A DNA stretch of 64,000 bases from Opitutaceae bacterium (GTDB taxonomy: Bacteria; Verrucomicrobiota; Verrucomicrobiia; Opitutales; Opitutaceae). Below the pieces are notes generated by a model that searched no databases, was not told where the DNA came from, and was given only the letters and a program-made list of their open reading frames with translations. The position numbers and the translations under genes are program-made. Positions within the stretch are counted from its first letter, which is position 1; every line of letters begins with the position of its first letter. Shown here one piece after another: positions 26,571 through 35,471 of this stretch. The DNA lies in contig SXSC01000090.1 of the NCBI GenBank assembly GCA_005792355.1, forward strand, positions 550 through 64,549, given 5' to 3'.

Positions 26571-29537
26571 TCAGAAGCGCCCGCTCACGCCGAAGGTGAC
26601 GGTCGTGCCCGGGATGCGGTATTCGGAGATTTGATCGGCGATGCCGCGGTAGAACACCTGCGGCGTATTGAAGACATTGCCCACATCGAGGGTCAGCGAA
26701 AGTGCCGGACGGATCTGGTACGCGACGCCGCAGTTCGTGATCGTGCGCCGCCGGGTGTATTGATTTCGGCCGGAGCCGGCGGCGGTGAAGGCGTTGATGA
26801 ACTCACCGGTGCGGCTCCAGATGAGGCGCGCGCTGAAGCCGCGGTGGCGCCAGTTGAGATTGGCGTTGGCGGTAAACGGGATGAAGCCCGGCACTTCGCC
26901 CTTCTTGCGCTCAACCGTGCCGCCGAAATTCCCGTGCGTATCAAGAACCGTGAAGTTTGCGCCGCCACCGAGGCCTTTCAGCCAGCCCGGCAGAAAGCTG
27001 AACTGCTGGCTGTAGCTCAACTCCCAGCCCTGGACGATCGCGGTGCCGAGGTTCTGACTGGTGAGGATGCCAAACCCGGCGTAGTCGCCATTGTAGCCGT
27101 TGTCGGTCCCGGTCCCGACGGTGCCGGACAGGATGCCACTGACGCTATAGTCGCGGATGATTTTGTGAAACCAGCCGATGGATACGTTGCCCACGGGTTC
27201 GAAATAATACTCCAGCGCGGCATCCCAATTTTCGGCCAGCCGCGGTTTCAGCGCAGGGTTGCTGATGGTGAGGGTTTGGGCTGTCTCATTGACGCTCTCG
27301 CTCGGATAGCTGTTGTTGAGGGGCGGGCGGCCGAAGCTGTTCGACCAGCTCAGGCGGGCTTTGAGATTGGGCAGGAGATCCTGGGTCACGTGGGCGCTGG
27401 GGAAGGACTTGGTGTAGCGTCCGTCGACCTCGCGCCGGTTGTTGGCGTAATCGCGCTGCGCCGAGCCGATGGGATCGGCGGCCTGCTGGGCGGCGGTGCT
27501 GCCGACCCGGGAACGTACCCAGCCCCAGCTTTCGTCCCGGGTTTCCTCCACGCGGACGCCGGCGATAAATCCCGTCCGGGCAATCTTGCCCTGCATCATG
27601 CCGTAGCCGGCGTGGACGGTTTCGGTCACCAGGCGGACGCCGGTGTATTGCGATGATGCCGCGAAATAACGGTCCTCGCTCCACAGGGTGGGATCGAGGG
27701 GCGTGCGGTCGCGGGCGAGGGCGTTGGCGTTCCACGCCGGGATCTTCAGGCCGGTCTTGTGGTCGCCAAATGTCTTGATCGTGGGATCGGTGGGCAGCTG
27801 GCCGGAGTTGGTCCCGGTGAAATTGTAGCGGCGGTTCTTATTGACCCGGGCGCCGGCAACCTCCTCGCGCCAGCGGTAGCCGACTTTGGCAAAGATGGAG
27901 TGATTGAAGGGCAGTCGATAGCGCGCATTGGCCCGGAGTTCGCTGATCTCGTGCACGGGTTTGTTGTCATTAAACACGAAAGTGGTCGGCCGGTAGCTGG
28001 CGGGGTTGCTAATGTCGGGCCCGCCGGCCTGGGTGAAGGTCGGATAAAGATCGGACTTGGTGCGATCGAGAATCCAGCCCACGCCGGTCACCTGGTTGGT
28101 GAGATCGCCGCCGAGGCCGGAACCGCTGCTGATGGAATCGCGGCTGATGACCCCGTTGTAATCGAGTTCGAGCGGTCCGAAACGCTGTTCAGCGCCGAGA
28201 TCGAAGTGGCGCTGGCGGTGGAAGAAATTAGACATCTGCGACTGGATGCTGATGGTCGAGGCGGCGATCGGACGCACCTGGGTGAGGCGGTCGGTGAAGC
28301 CGGGAATGACCCCCGAAGTCGCGCTGGGCACGGTGGTCTGGCTGCCGGTGAACGCGCGGAAATAGTAGCGCAGGCGGAAGCGCTCGAAGGCGTCGTTGTA
28401 GATCGTATTGAGCGAGAGTTTCGTGCTGGCCGAAAGCCGGTAGTCAAACTTGGCGCTCACGCTCGTTTGCTTCCGGTTGTTGTAATTATCCTGCGTGCGG
28501 TAGTCCCAGACGTAGGCGGGCGTGGTCGAAACATTTTGAAAGTCGCGCGTGGTGCTGAAGGATCCGAGTGCCTGCTCGCTGTAGAAGAGGTTGAGCGCCA
28601 CGCCCAAATTGCGCTCGCCGCCGAAAACGCCAAAGACCTCCTGGTACGCGACGTTGAGCAGCGGATGGGTGCGGTGCTGCTCGCGCATCGGAATCTGTTC
28701 GGTGCCGGGAGGCGCCATGCGCGCGGAGAAATTGTACGTGACGCGGCGCTTTTCCTTCATGTTGAGCGAGGAGCGGCTCTTGAGATTGATGGTGCCACCG
28801 AGCGAGCCGGCCTCCTTGTCGGGCGTGTGGCCCTTGGTGACCTCGAGGGAGTCGAACATCGAACCGGTGATGGTGTGGATGCGAGTCTGGCGGCTGTCGC
28901 CACCCTGGCTGCCCAGAAGCGCGCCATCGACCGTGATGGTGTTGCTGCCGCTGGTCATGCCGCGGACGGTGAAGCCGATGATGTTGCCCTCGTCGCTGAG
29001 GTTGCCGGCGACCCCGGGCAGGAGCACGGCGAGTTCGCTGGCGTTCATATTTGGCAGATTGCCGTAGGCGTCGATGGACGCGACGTTCTTGACGTTGGTG
29101 GCGTTGCGCTGGGCGGTGAGGGCAGCGGCGTTGCCCTCGCGCTCGCCGGTCACCGTGATGGCATCGAGTTTGTAGATGCCGGAGGTGAGATCGAAATTGC
29201 GCGTGGCGAGCTGACCGGCCGCGACAGTGACGGTGGCCCGGACTGCATCCAGGCCGAGGTAGGTGGCGACGACCTCGTGGGTGCCGGCCGGGACACCGCT
29301 GAGGACGAAGCGTCCGGTGTTGTCGGTGAGTACGGTGAAACCGAGGGCCGGCAGATCGATCCGCGCGCCTTCGAGGAGGTTGCCGGTGCCGGCGTTGCTG
29401 ACATTGCCGGAGAGGGTGGCGGCGGCCGGGGCTTCCGCCGCCGGGGCGCGAAGGGGAAAACAGCCGAGAGCGAACAACGCGAATGCGCTGAGACGGATCA
29501 TCCAAGGGGAGCGGAGTGATCGGGGCAGGGTGGTCAT
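26571..29537 (-). CDS. TonB-dependent receptor with N-terminal carboxypeptidase-regulatory-like domain (paralog of 14804-17866)
   Basis: Signal peptide; LSGNVSNAGTGNLLEGARI...TDNTGRF; GEREG, plug LEVTKGHTPD; terminal FGVSGRF. Confidence 0.93.
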   Translation of the reverse strand: MTTLPRSLRSPWMIRLSAFALFALGCFPLRAPAAEAPAAATLSGNVSNAGTGNLLEGARIDLPALGFTVLTDNTGRFVLSGVPAGTHEVVATYLGLDAVRATVTVAAGQLATRNFDLTSGIYKLDAITVTGEREGNAAALTAQRNATNVKNVASIDAYGNLPNMNASELAVLLPGVAGNLSDEGNIIGFTVRGMTSGSNTITVDGALLGSQGGDSRQTRIHTITGSMFDSLEVTKGHTPDKEAGSLGGTINLKSRSSLNMKEKRRVTYNFSARMAPPGTEQIPMREQHRTHPLLNVAYQEVFGVFGGERNLGVALNLFYSEQALGSFSTTRDFQNVSTTPAYVWDYRTQDNYNNRKQTSVSAKFDYRLSASTKLSLNTIYNDAFERFRLRYYFRAFTGSQTTVPSATSGVIPGFTDRLTQVRPIAASTISIQSQMSNFFHRQRHFDLGAEQRFGPLELDYNGVISRDSISSGSGLGGDLTNQVTGVGWILDRTKSDLYPTFTQAGGPDISNPASYRPTTFVFNDNKPVHEISELRANARYRLPFNHSIFAKVGYRWREEVAGARVNKNRRYNFTGTNSGQLPTDPTIKTFGDHKTGLKIPAWNANALARDRTPLDPTLWSEDRYFAASSQYTGVRLVTETVHAGYGMMQGKIARTGFIAGVRVEETRDESWGWVRSRVGSTAAQQAADPIGSAQRDYANNRREVDGRYTKSFPSAHVTQDLLPNLKARLSWSNSFGRPPLNNSYPSESVNETAQTLTISNPALKPRLAENWDAALEYYFEPVGNVSIGWFHKIIRDYSVSGILSGTVGTGTDNGYNGDYAGFGILTSQNLGTAIVQGWELSYSQQFSFLPGWLKGLGGGANFTVLDTHGNFGGTVERKKGEVPGFIPFTANANLNWRHRGFSARLIWSRTGEFINAFTAAGSGRNQYTRRRTITNCGVAYQIRPALSLTLDVGNVFNTPQVFYRGIADQISEYRIPGTTVTFGVSGRF

Positions 29538-29683
29538 GGTTTGAAAGAGAACGCGGACCGGGTTGGACGGCAGCGGTTGGCCCGTCGAATGCGTTGAACC
29601 TGAGCGCCGCATGCGCCGAAGGCCAGTGCCCTTTTTCGAACCGGCTCGCGGCTGTCGATCCCTTTTTGCCCGCCTCGAACTTC

Positions 29684-29710
29684 AAAGTGTCACGTATTAC
29701 GTGACACTTT
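29684..29710. promoter_or_regulatory. Perfect 27-bp palindrome, TGTCA-N3-AWT-N3-TGACA family
   Basis: AAAGTGTCACGTA-T-TACGTGACACTTT, ~150 bp upstream of TBDR 26571-29537. Confidence 0.6.
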
Positions 29711-29832
29711 CAGCAGCACCAGATTGGGCGGTGGACGGAAGATTTCGTCTGGGGGCACGCGAAGTTGGCTCGGCGGCTGCCGCCAGACTTGAGTCGGGGC
29801 TACCGGTGATCGGCGCCGGTGCGCCGAGCGAA

Positions 29833-30693
29833 TCAGCCTTGGGCAGTGGCCGATTTCTCGCGGAGGTGGGAGCGGTAGGACAGCTCGCCGCGTGCGAGCG
29901 CGGTATGGAGGCGCGAGCCCTGCACGCCGGCAAAGTCGCGGCCGAGCGCATGCAGAAAGCGTGGGAGATGGCGTTGGAGGAGATCGAGCGAGCGGGAGGA
30001 ATTCAGATTCATGCCGCGGAGGACTTCGGAGCTGATCACCCGGGTCTGCAGCAGCCGCAGGGGAGCGGCGGCGAAGGCGGCCTCCCATTCGGCGAGACCG
30101 TTGGCGAAGCGAAAATCGGCGTAGAGGAACTTCCCGCCGGGCCGCAGCACCCGGGCGACTTCGTTGAGAAAACGCGGGAACGACGGATAACAATGCGAGG
30201 CTTCCACGTTGAGGACCGCGTCGAACGTGGCGGCGGCGAAGGGCAGGTTCTCGGCATCGCCCTGCACAAACGCGAGTCGATCCACCCGGTGGCGCTGACG
30301 GCAGAACGCGATGCCAGCGGGGTTCAGGTCGAGGCCGGTGTACCCCGCGGGGTGAAAGGTGCGCGTCAAGTACGAGGCTCCGCCGCCGTGACCGCAGCTC
30401 ACCTCGAGGATCTGCCGGCCCGAAAGTTCGGTCTGGGCGGCGACGTGGTGGTAAAGCTGGATGCACGCCCGGTTGGGCTCGTCGGCAGGTGCCAGGGGCA
30501 GGGCGTGCGGCGGGTCCTCCTCATACGCGTAATTGAGAAACAGGACATCCTCCTGTTGCAGGCGGCGGGTGAGGAATGGATACCACAGTTGCCAGATGGC
30601 GCGGCGAATGCGGCCGGAGGACAGCAGGCGATCGATCACGGGGATGACGTGGCCCAGCGAGTATTTGGGTTCAAGGACTCCAGCCTCGGTCAC
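29833..30693 (-). CDS. Class I SAM-dependent methyltransferase, phthiotriol/fatty-acid O-methyltransferase (Rv2952/Fmt)-like
   Basis: [50 protein letters not shown]; N-terminal [11 protein letters not shown]...DEPNR. Start codon uncertain. Confidence 0.85.
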   Translation of the reverse strand: MTEAGVLEPKYSLGHVIPVIDRLLSSGRIRRAIWQLWYPFLTRRLQQEDVLFLNYAYEEDPPHALPLAPADEPNRACIQLYHHVAAQTELSGRQILEVSCGHGGGASYLTRTFHPAGYTGLDLNPAGIAFCRQRHRVDRLAFVQGDAENLPFAAATFDAVLNVEASHCYPSFPRFLNEVARVLRPGGKFLYADFRFANGLAEWEAAFAAAPLRLLQTRVISSEVLRGMNLNSSRSLDLLQRHLPRFLHALGRDFAGVQGSRLHTALARGELSYRSHLREKSATAQG

Positions 30694-31158
30694 CCGGGCG
30701 CGGCGTCAAGCGTCCGACGATTTCCATCCGTGGCGATCCGTGAAATCCGGGGTGAATCCGCCTGGAAAATGAACCGGCCAAATCGGCACGAATAGGCGCG
30801 CAGCGGATTGAGACGAGCACGCTCAGCCGCAACGATACAATGCATGGTGGAGACCGATGTCCCCTTCGGGCTGATTTGAGAGCGCACGATTCAAAACCCG
30901 ATGAGGACATCGGTTTCCACCTTTTGCGTTTTCGTTTTCAGCGGTAAAACGCCCTCCGGCTGAATTTGGCTCACGCCGCGTTGGCTGACCATTCGAGCGC
31001 AGAGATCAACATTTTTGAATCCCCCCGGCCCCGTTTGCGTCATTTGAACCGCGGGGTTGACCTTCGCCCTGCACTCTGAAAAAATAACCTGTCATTTCAC
31101 CCTCCCCTTTGCCGCTAGACCCGGCGCTGCCTCAACCTCAAGTCATCGAAATCAAGTC

Positions 31159-32676
31159 ATGAAAAACTGGACCCGAAAAGAATTCCTCAAAACCACGGTC
31201 GTTGGCGCTGGCGCCGCGATTGTCGCCGGCCAGACCCGGCTTTACGGCCAGACGGCGCCCGCCGCAGGCAGCGCCAATGGCGACATCCGTGTCGCAGTCG
31301 TCGGCATCAATGCGCAAGGGGCCGGCCACATCAAAACGTACTACGACATGAAGGGCACGCGCTTGGTGGCACTCTGTGACGTCGACAGCGCGGTGCTGGC
31401 CAAGCGAGTCAGTGAGACTGAGGCAAAGGGCATCAAGGTCACGGCTTACACCGATTATCGAAAGCTGCTGGAAGACAAGAATATCGACGCGGTGGTGCTC
31501 GCGTCGCCGAACCACCAGCACTCGCTCCAGACGATCTGGGGCCTTCAGGCCGGCAAGGATGTCTATGTTGAAAAACCGCTGTCGCACAACGTGTGGGAAG
31601 GCCGGCAGGCGGTCGAGGCGACGAAGAAATACACCAAGAACATTGTCCAGGCCGGCACGCAGAACCGTTCGTCTGACGACATCAAGGAAGCCATCGCTTT
31701 CGTTCGTTCCGGCAAACTGGGCAAGATTCAGTGGGCCCGCGCACTCTGCTACAAGCAGCGCGACAGCATCGGCAAGACGACCGGTCCGCAGGCGGTGCCC
31801 GCCAGCATCGATTACGATCTTTGGACCGGCCCGGCTCCGCTCACGGCGCCGCGTCGCAACGGGCCGAAGGGCTCGGTACACTACGACTGGCATTGGTTCT
31901 GGAATTACGGTGGTGGCGACATCACCAACCAAGGCATCCATCAGATGGACGTGGCGCGCTGGTTCCTCGGCGAACCCGGCCTGCCCCCGAACGTGATGAG
32001 CTTCGGCGGTCGTTTTGGCTACCTCGATGATGCCGAGACGCCCAACACGCTCATCTCGGTTTTGGGCTACGAGAAGGCACCCTTGATTTTTGAGGTTCGC
32101 GGGCTTCCGATGAAGGCGGGCATGCGCGCCATGGATCGCTACAAGGGCGCGGCGGTCGGTGTCGTGGTGCAATGCGAGGGCGGACACCTGCAAATCAGCG
32201 AAAACGGCACGGTGGTCATTTACGACGCCAGCAACACCGTGATCCAAAAGCTCGCGAAGAACACCCTGGGCGAACACCGCGCCAACTTCGTCAAGGCCAT
32301 GCAGACCCGGAAAGTCGTGAACGGCTTGGTCGCCGAGGCCCACTACTCGTCGGCGCTTTGCCATCTGGCAAACGTGTCCTACCTGATTGGCGCGGAAAAA
32401 TCCAACGCGACTCTGGCCGACGCGATCAAGTCGGACAAGAACACCACGGATTCCTTCGCCCGCATGCTCGAGCACCTGAAGGCCAACAATGTCGATGCCG
32501 ACACGACGAAGACGGTCGTCGGGCCGCTCTTGAAGATCGACGCCGCGAACGAGCGCTTCGTGGGTTCGGAGAAGGAGATCGTCGCGGCCGCGAACAAGAA
32601 CCACCTGCTCAAACGCGTCGGTCGCGGGGCCTTCGCGATTCCGGTGATCAAGAAGGACATGGTGGCCGCCTCCTAA
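31159..32676 (+). CDS. Gfo/Idh/MocA family oxidoreductase with Tat-like signal
   Basis: TRKEFLK; IRVAVVG, ASPNHQH, VYVEKPL, HYDWHWFWNYGGGD..NQGIHQMD. Confidence 0.92.
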   Translation: MKNWTRKEFLKTTVVGAGAAIVAGQTRLYGQTAPAAGSANGDIRVAVVGINAQGAGHIKTYYDMKGTRLVALCDVDSAVLAKRVSETEAKGIKVTAYTDYRKLLEDKNIDAVVLASPNHQHSLQTIWGLQAGKDVYVEKPLSHNVWEGRQAVEATKKYTKNIVQAGTQNRSSDDIKEAIAFVRSGKLGKIQWARALCYKQRDSIGKTTGPQAVPASIDYDLWTGPAPLTAPRRNGPKGSVHYDWHWFWNYGGGDITNQGIHQMDVARWFLGEPGLPPNVMSFGGRFGYLDDAETPNTLISVLGYEKAPLIFEVRGLPMKAGMRAMDRYKGAAVGVVVQCEGGHLQISENGTVVIYDASNTVIQKLAKNTLGEHRANFVKAMQTRKVVNGLVAEAHYSSALCHLANVSYLIGAEKSNATLADAIKSDKNTTDSFARMLEHLKANNVDADTTKTVVGPLLKIDAANERFVGSEKEIVAAANKNHLLKRVGRGAFAIPVIKKDMVAAS

Positions 32677-32704
32677 GCGGCTTCCGGAAACGTTCGAATT
32701 TGCC

Positions 32705-32734
32705 AAGCCCGGCGCATCTGCGCCGGGCTTTTTT
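32705..32734 (+). terminator. Intrinsic terminator
   Basis: AAGCCCGGCGCA-tc-TGCGCCGGGCTT followed by a T-run, ~30 bp after the stop codon. Confidence 0.8.
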
Positions 32735-32809
32735 GTTGGTCGGCGCGAACAGCCGGTCGGGTTCCCCATCGATTTCAAGGTCTCGTGGAGTCCGAACTAC
32801 TCCGAGGGG

Positions 32810-32879
32810 AGGGCCCGACCTCCGGGCGGGCCGTCAGAAGTCCGCCCGACCGCAGCCCGCCCGGAGGTCGGGCCCTACC
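32810..32879. repeat. REP doublet (GTAG-type)
   Basis: 22-bp perfect inverted repeat AGGGCCCGACCTCCGGGCGGGC / GCCCGCCCGGAGGTCGGGCCCT; the right copy ends CTACC (GGTAG on the minus strand). Confidence 0.8.
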
Positions 32880-33056
32880 GGCGCTGCTGCGCCAAAATCC
32901 AAAACCCGACCGAAGTCCGCATGACCGGTCGTCTCCAAGTCATGAATTCGGCGCGATGTTGACCGGCGTTTCCCGACAGATCGCGAGCCTGGGCGTGTCG
33001 GAAGACATCCACTCACTCACGCTCGCGGCTGCGGGAATCGTGTTCGCACCACGCTC

Positions 33057-34739
33057 TTACTCCGCCTTCTTGTCCGCCGCTTTCTTTCTCTGACCCTTTC
33101 CGCCCGCGCCCGCTTCGAGGGGGCCGGAGAACGGTGGGCGCTCAAACGTCAGGCCGTCGCCGGTCACGCGCGGGTCCTTGGCGTCAGTGAGGCGCTTCAT
33201 CAATTGCGCCGACATCTCCGACTTGGTCTTCGCGTACGCGGGATCTGCGGCGACGTTTTTCACCTGATCCGGATCCTTGCGCAGATCGTAGAGTTCCTCC
33301 CCGGGACGTTTGCCGAAGGAATGTTCATAAAGCCATTTCCACTTTGGGTCGTCACGGTGGGCGATGAGCCAGGCCTTGGTGGGACTGCCGTCCATGTCGG
33401 CAAATCCAATCCGGGTGTTTTCGGTGAGGGCGGGTCCGGCGAGGGTGGCCGGATCCAGGGCCGTCTTGGGATCGCCCATCGGCGTGCGGTCAGGCCGGAA
33501 GTTGCGGATGTAAACGAAGTCTTTCGTCCGAAACGCCCGCATCGGGTAGGGCAGGTAGCCTTCGCGGGCATCCTCCACGTGGCGTTCGCGTCCGGTGATC
33601 ACCCAGGTGCGGTCGGCTTCGACCTGGCCGCTGCGACCGGATTGGAGCAGCTTCAGCAATGAGCGGCCATAGAGCCCCTCGGGCGGATTGGCGCCGCCGA
33701 CTTCCATGAAGGTCGGTGCGAGATCGGGCAGGCGCACAAAGTCGTCGATCACCCGGCCGCCCTTGCCGCCAGGCACGCGGACGAAAAGGGAGACGGCGGT
33801 GCCGTGGTCGTAGAGATTGCATTTGCCCGAGGGAACACCGGGCATGCCGTGATCGCCGCTGATGACGATGAGCGTGCGATCAAGTTCACCGCTGGCTTCG
33901 AGTCGTTCGCGCAAGACGCCGAGGCACGCGTCGACGGCCTGGCATTCGCCCAGATAGTCAGCGACGTCCTGGCGGACCTCGGGCACGTCGGGCAGAAACG
34001 CGGGCATTTTCCCTTTCAGCCGCTCCGGGTCGATGCCCCAATGCGATTTGCCCGAGCCCTTGATCCACTTGCGATGCGTGGTGGTGGTGCCGAAGAAATA
34101 GTGCCACGGCTGGCCGGGTTTCCGGTCGGCCATGAACGCATCGAAATTACCGCGCACCTGCGCGAGGATTTCGGCGCGGGCGGCGGCCACGCTCAGGCCG
34201 TGGCCGACGCGCTCGGCGGTCTCCTCGGAAAAATTGTTCGGGGCGCGGCCGGATTTTTCGTAGGCGTGAGTCTGGCCGCCGAACGGCGCGTCGGCGGGTG
34301 AGCCCGGACTCCAGACCTTGTAGCTTTTCCCGATGTGGTAGCCGGCCTCGCGCAGCATGAGCGGAAAACTCGGGATGGCGGCATCCCAGATGGCACCCTG
34401 CAGGATCGCACCGCGACCGGTGTTGAAGAAATAACGTCCGGACAGCAGCGAGCTGCGGCAGGGCGTGCACGAGGGGGCGTTGACGAAGGCGTGGCGAAAC
34501 GTGACGCCTTCCCGCGCGATCCGGTCGACGTGCGGGGTCGTGATGACGTCGTTGAGGGAAGGCTTGCCATCGATGGCGGCGTAGGCGCTGGCGTAGCGAC
34601 CCCAGTCGTCGGCGAAAACAAAGAGGATGTTCCAGCGGGGAGCGGCGTTTTCAGCGGCGACGAGACTTGCGGGCAGGGAGAGTGCGAGGAGCGGGGCGAG
34701 GCGGATGAGGTGACGGAGGAGCGGGAGGAGGGAGGGCAT
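33057..34739 (-). CDS. Sulfatase (Cys-type, heparan N-sulfatase/sulfamidase-like)
   Basis: Signal peptide; NILFVFADDWG, PSCTPCRSSLLSGR, SGDHGMPG, GKCNLYD, GRERH. Confidence 0.93.
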   Translation of the reverse strand: MPSLLPLLRHLIRLAPLLALSLPASLVAAENAAPRWNILFVFADDWGRYASAYAAIDGKPSLNDVITTPHVDRIAREGVTFRHAFVNAPSCTPCRSSLLSGRYFFNTGRGAILQGAIWDAAIPSFPLMLREAGYHIGKSYKVWSPGSPADAPFGGQTHAYEKSGRAPNNFSEETAERVGHGLSVAAARAEILAQVRGNFDAFMADRKPGQPWHYFFGTTTTHRKWIKGSGKSHWGIDPERLKGKMPAFLPDVPEVRQDVADYLGECQAVDACLGVLRERLEASGELDRTLIVISGDHGMPGVPSGKCNLYDHGTAVSLFVRVPGGKGGRVIDDFVRLPDLAPTFMEVGGANPPEGLYGRSLLKLLQSGRSGQVEADRTWVITGRERHVEDAREGYLPYPMRAFRTKDFVYIRNFRPDRTPMGDPKTALDPATLAGPALTENTRIGFADMDGSPTKAWLIAHRDDPKWKWLYEHSFGKRPGEELYDLRKDPDQVKNVAADPAYAKTKSEMSAQLMKRLTDAKDPRVTGDGLTFERPPFSGPLEAGAGGKGQRKKAADKKAE

Positions 34740-34826
34740 AAGACGGAGGGAGGCGGAGAAATTCTTTTTTGGGTGGGGGCGAGATCGGCGAGAGGTGCGC
34801 GATTTCGACAGGAACGGCAGGGGAGG

Positions 34827-35462
34827 TTATCCGGGCAGCAGCGCGGCCAAATCCTCGTGCGGCCGGGCGATGACGTGGGCGGCGATGATCTTGCCCAGCG
34901 GGGCGCCGGCGCGCTGGCCGGCATCGATGGCGGCCTTCACCGCCGCCACGTCGCCGCGGATGATCACGGTTACATAGGCGGCACCGATCTTCTCCTTGCC
35001 GACAAGTTTTACGTTGGCGGCTTTGAGCATCGCGTCGGTGGCTTCGAGAATGGCGGTCAGTCCCTGGGTTTCGAGGATGCCGAGGGCTTCGGAGGAGTTT
35101 TTCATGGTGGTTTTGAGATTTGGCTGATGATCGGCGGGGCGGAGTTCATCGCGTCCACCGTAGAGCTTGTTGAAAGTGAGCGGGCCGGCATTCAGGGCCG
35201 GGATGGCTTCATCGGGATTGGCCAGCAGCGTCGTGGTGACGGTGCTGCCGAGACGCGCGGCGGTTTCCTCCGCGATGTCGAGTGCCGTCTGGATGTCCGC
35301 CGGAGCGTCAGCCGCAATCCGGATGAGAATTCGCTCGGAGCCGGTCGGCTCCAATCCCAGCAGACGGACGTTGGCGACCTTGGTCATGGCGTCAGCGACC
35401 ATGGCGGTGATGCTGAGGAACTGGGTTTCCGCGAAGCCCAGACAGAGAGGGGGAACAGGCAT
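34827..35462 (-). CDS. Bacterial microcompartment shell protein with tandem BMC domains (divergent N-terminal, canonical C-terminal)
   Basis: C-domain [57 protein letters not shown]...AHVIARPH (Pfam00936 pattern); N-domain [25 protein letters not shown]. Confidence 0.95.
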   Translation of the reverse strand: MPVPPLCLGFAETQFLSITAMVADAMTKVANVRLLGLEPTGSERILIRIAADAPADIQTALDIAEETAARLGSTVTTTLLANPDEAIPALNAGPLTFNKLYGGRDELRPADHQPNLKTTMKNSSEALGILETQGLTAILEATDAMLKAANVKLVGKEKIGAAYVTVIIRGDVAAVKAAIDAGQRAGAPLGKIIAAHVIARPHEDLAALLPG

Positions 35463-35471
35463 GGGAGCCGC

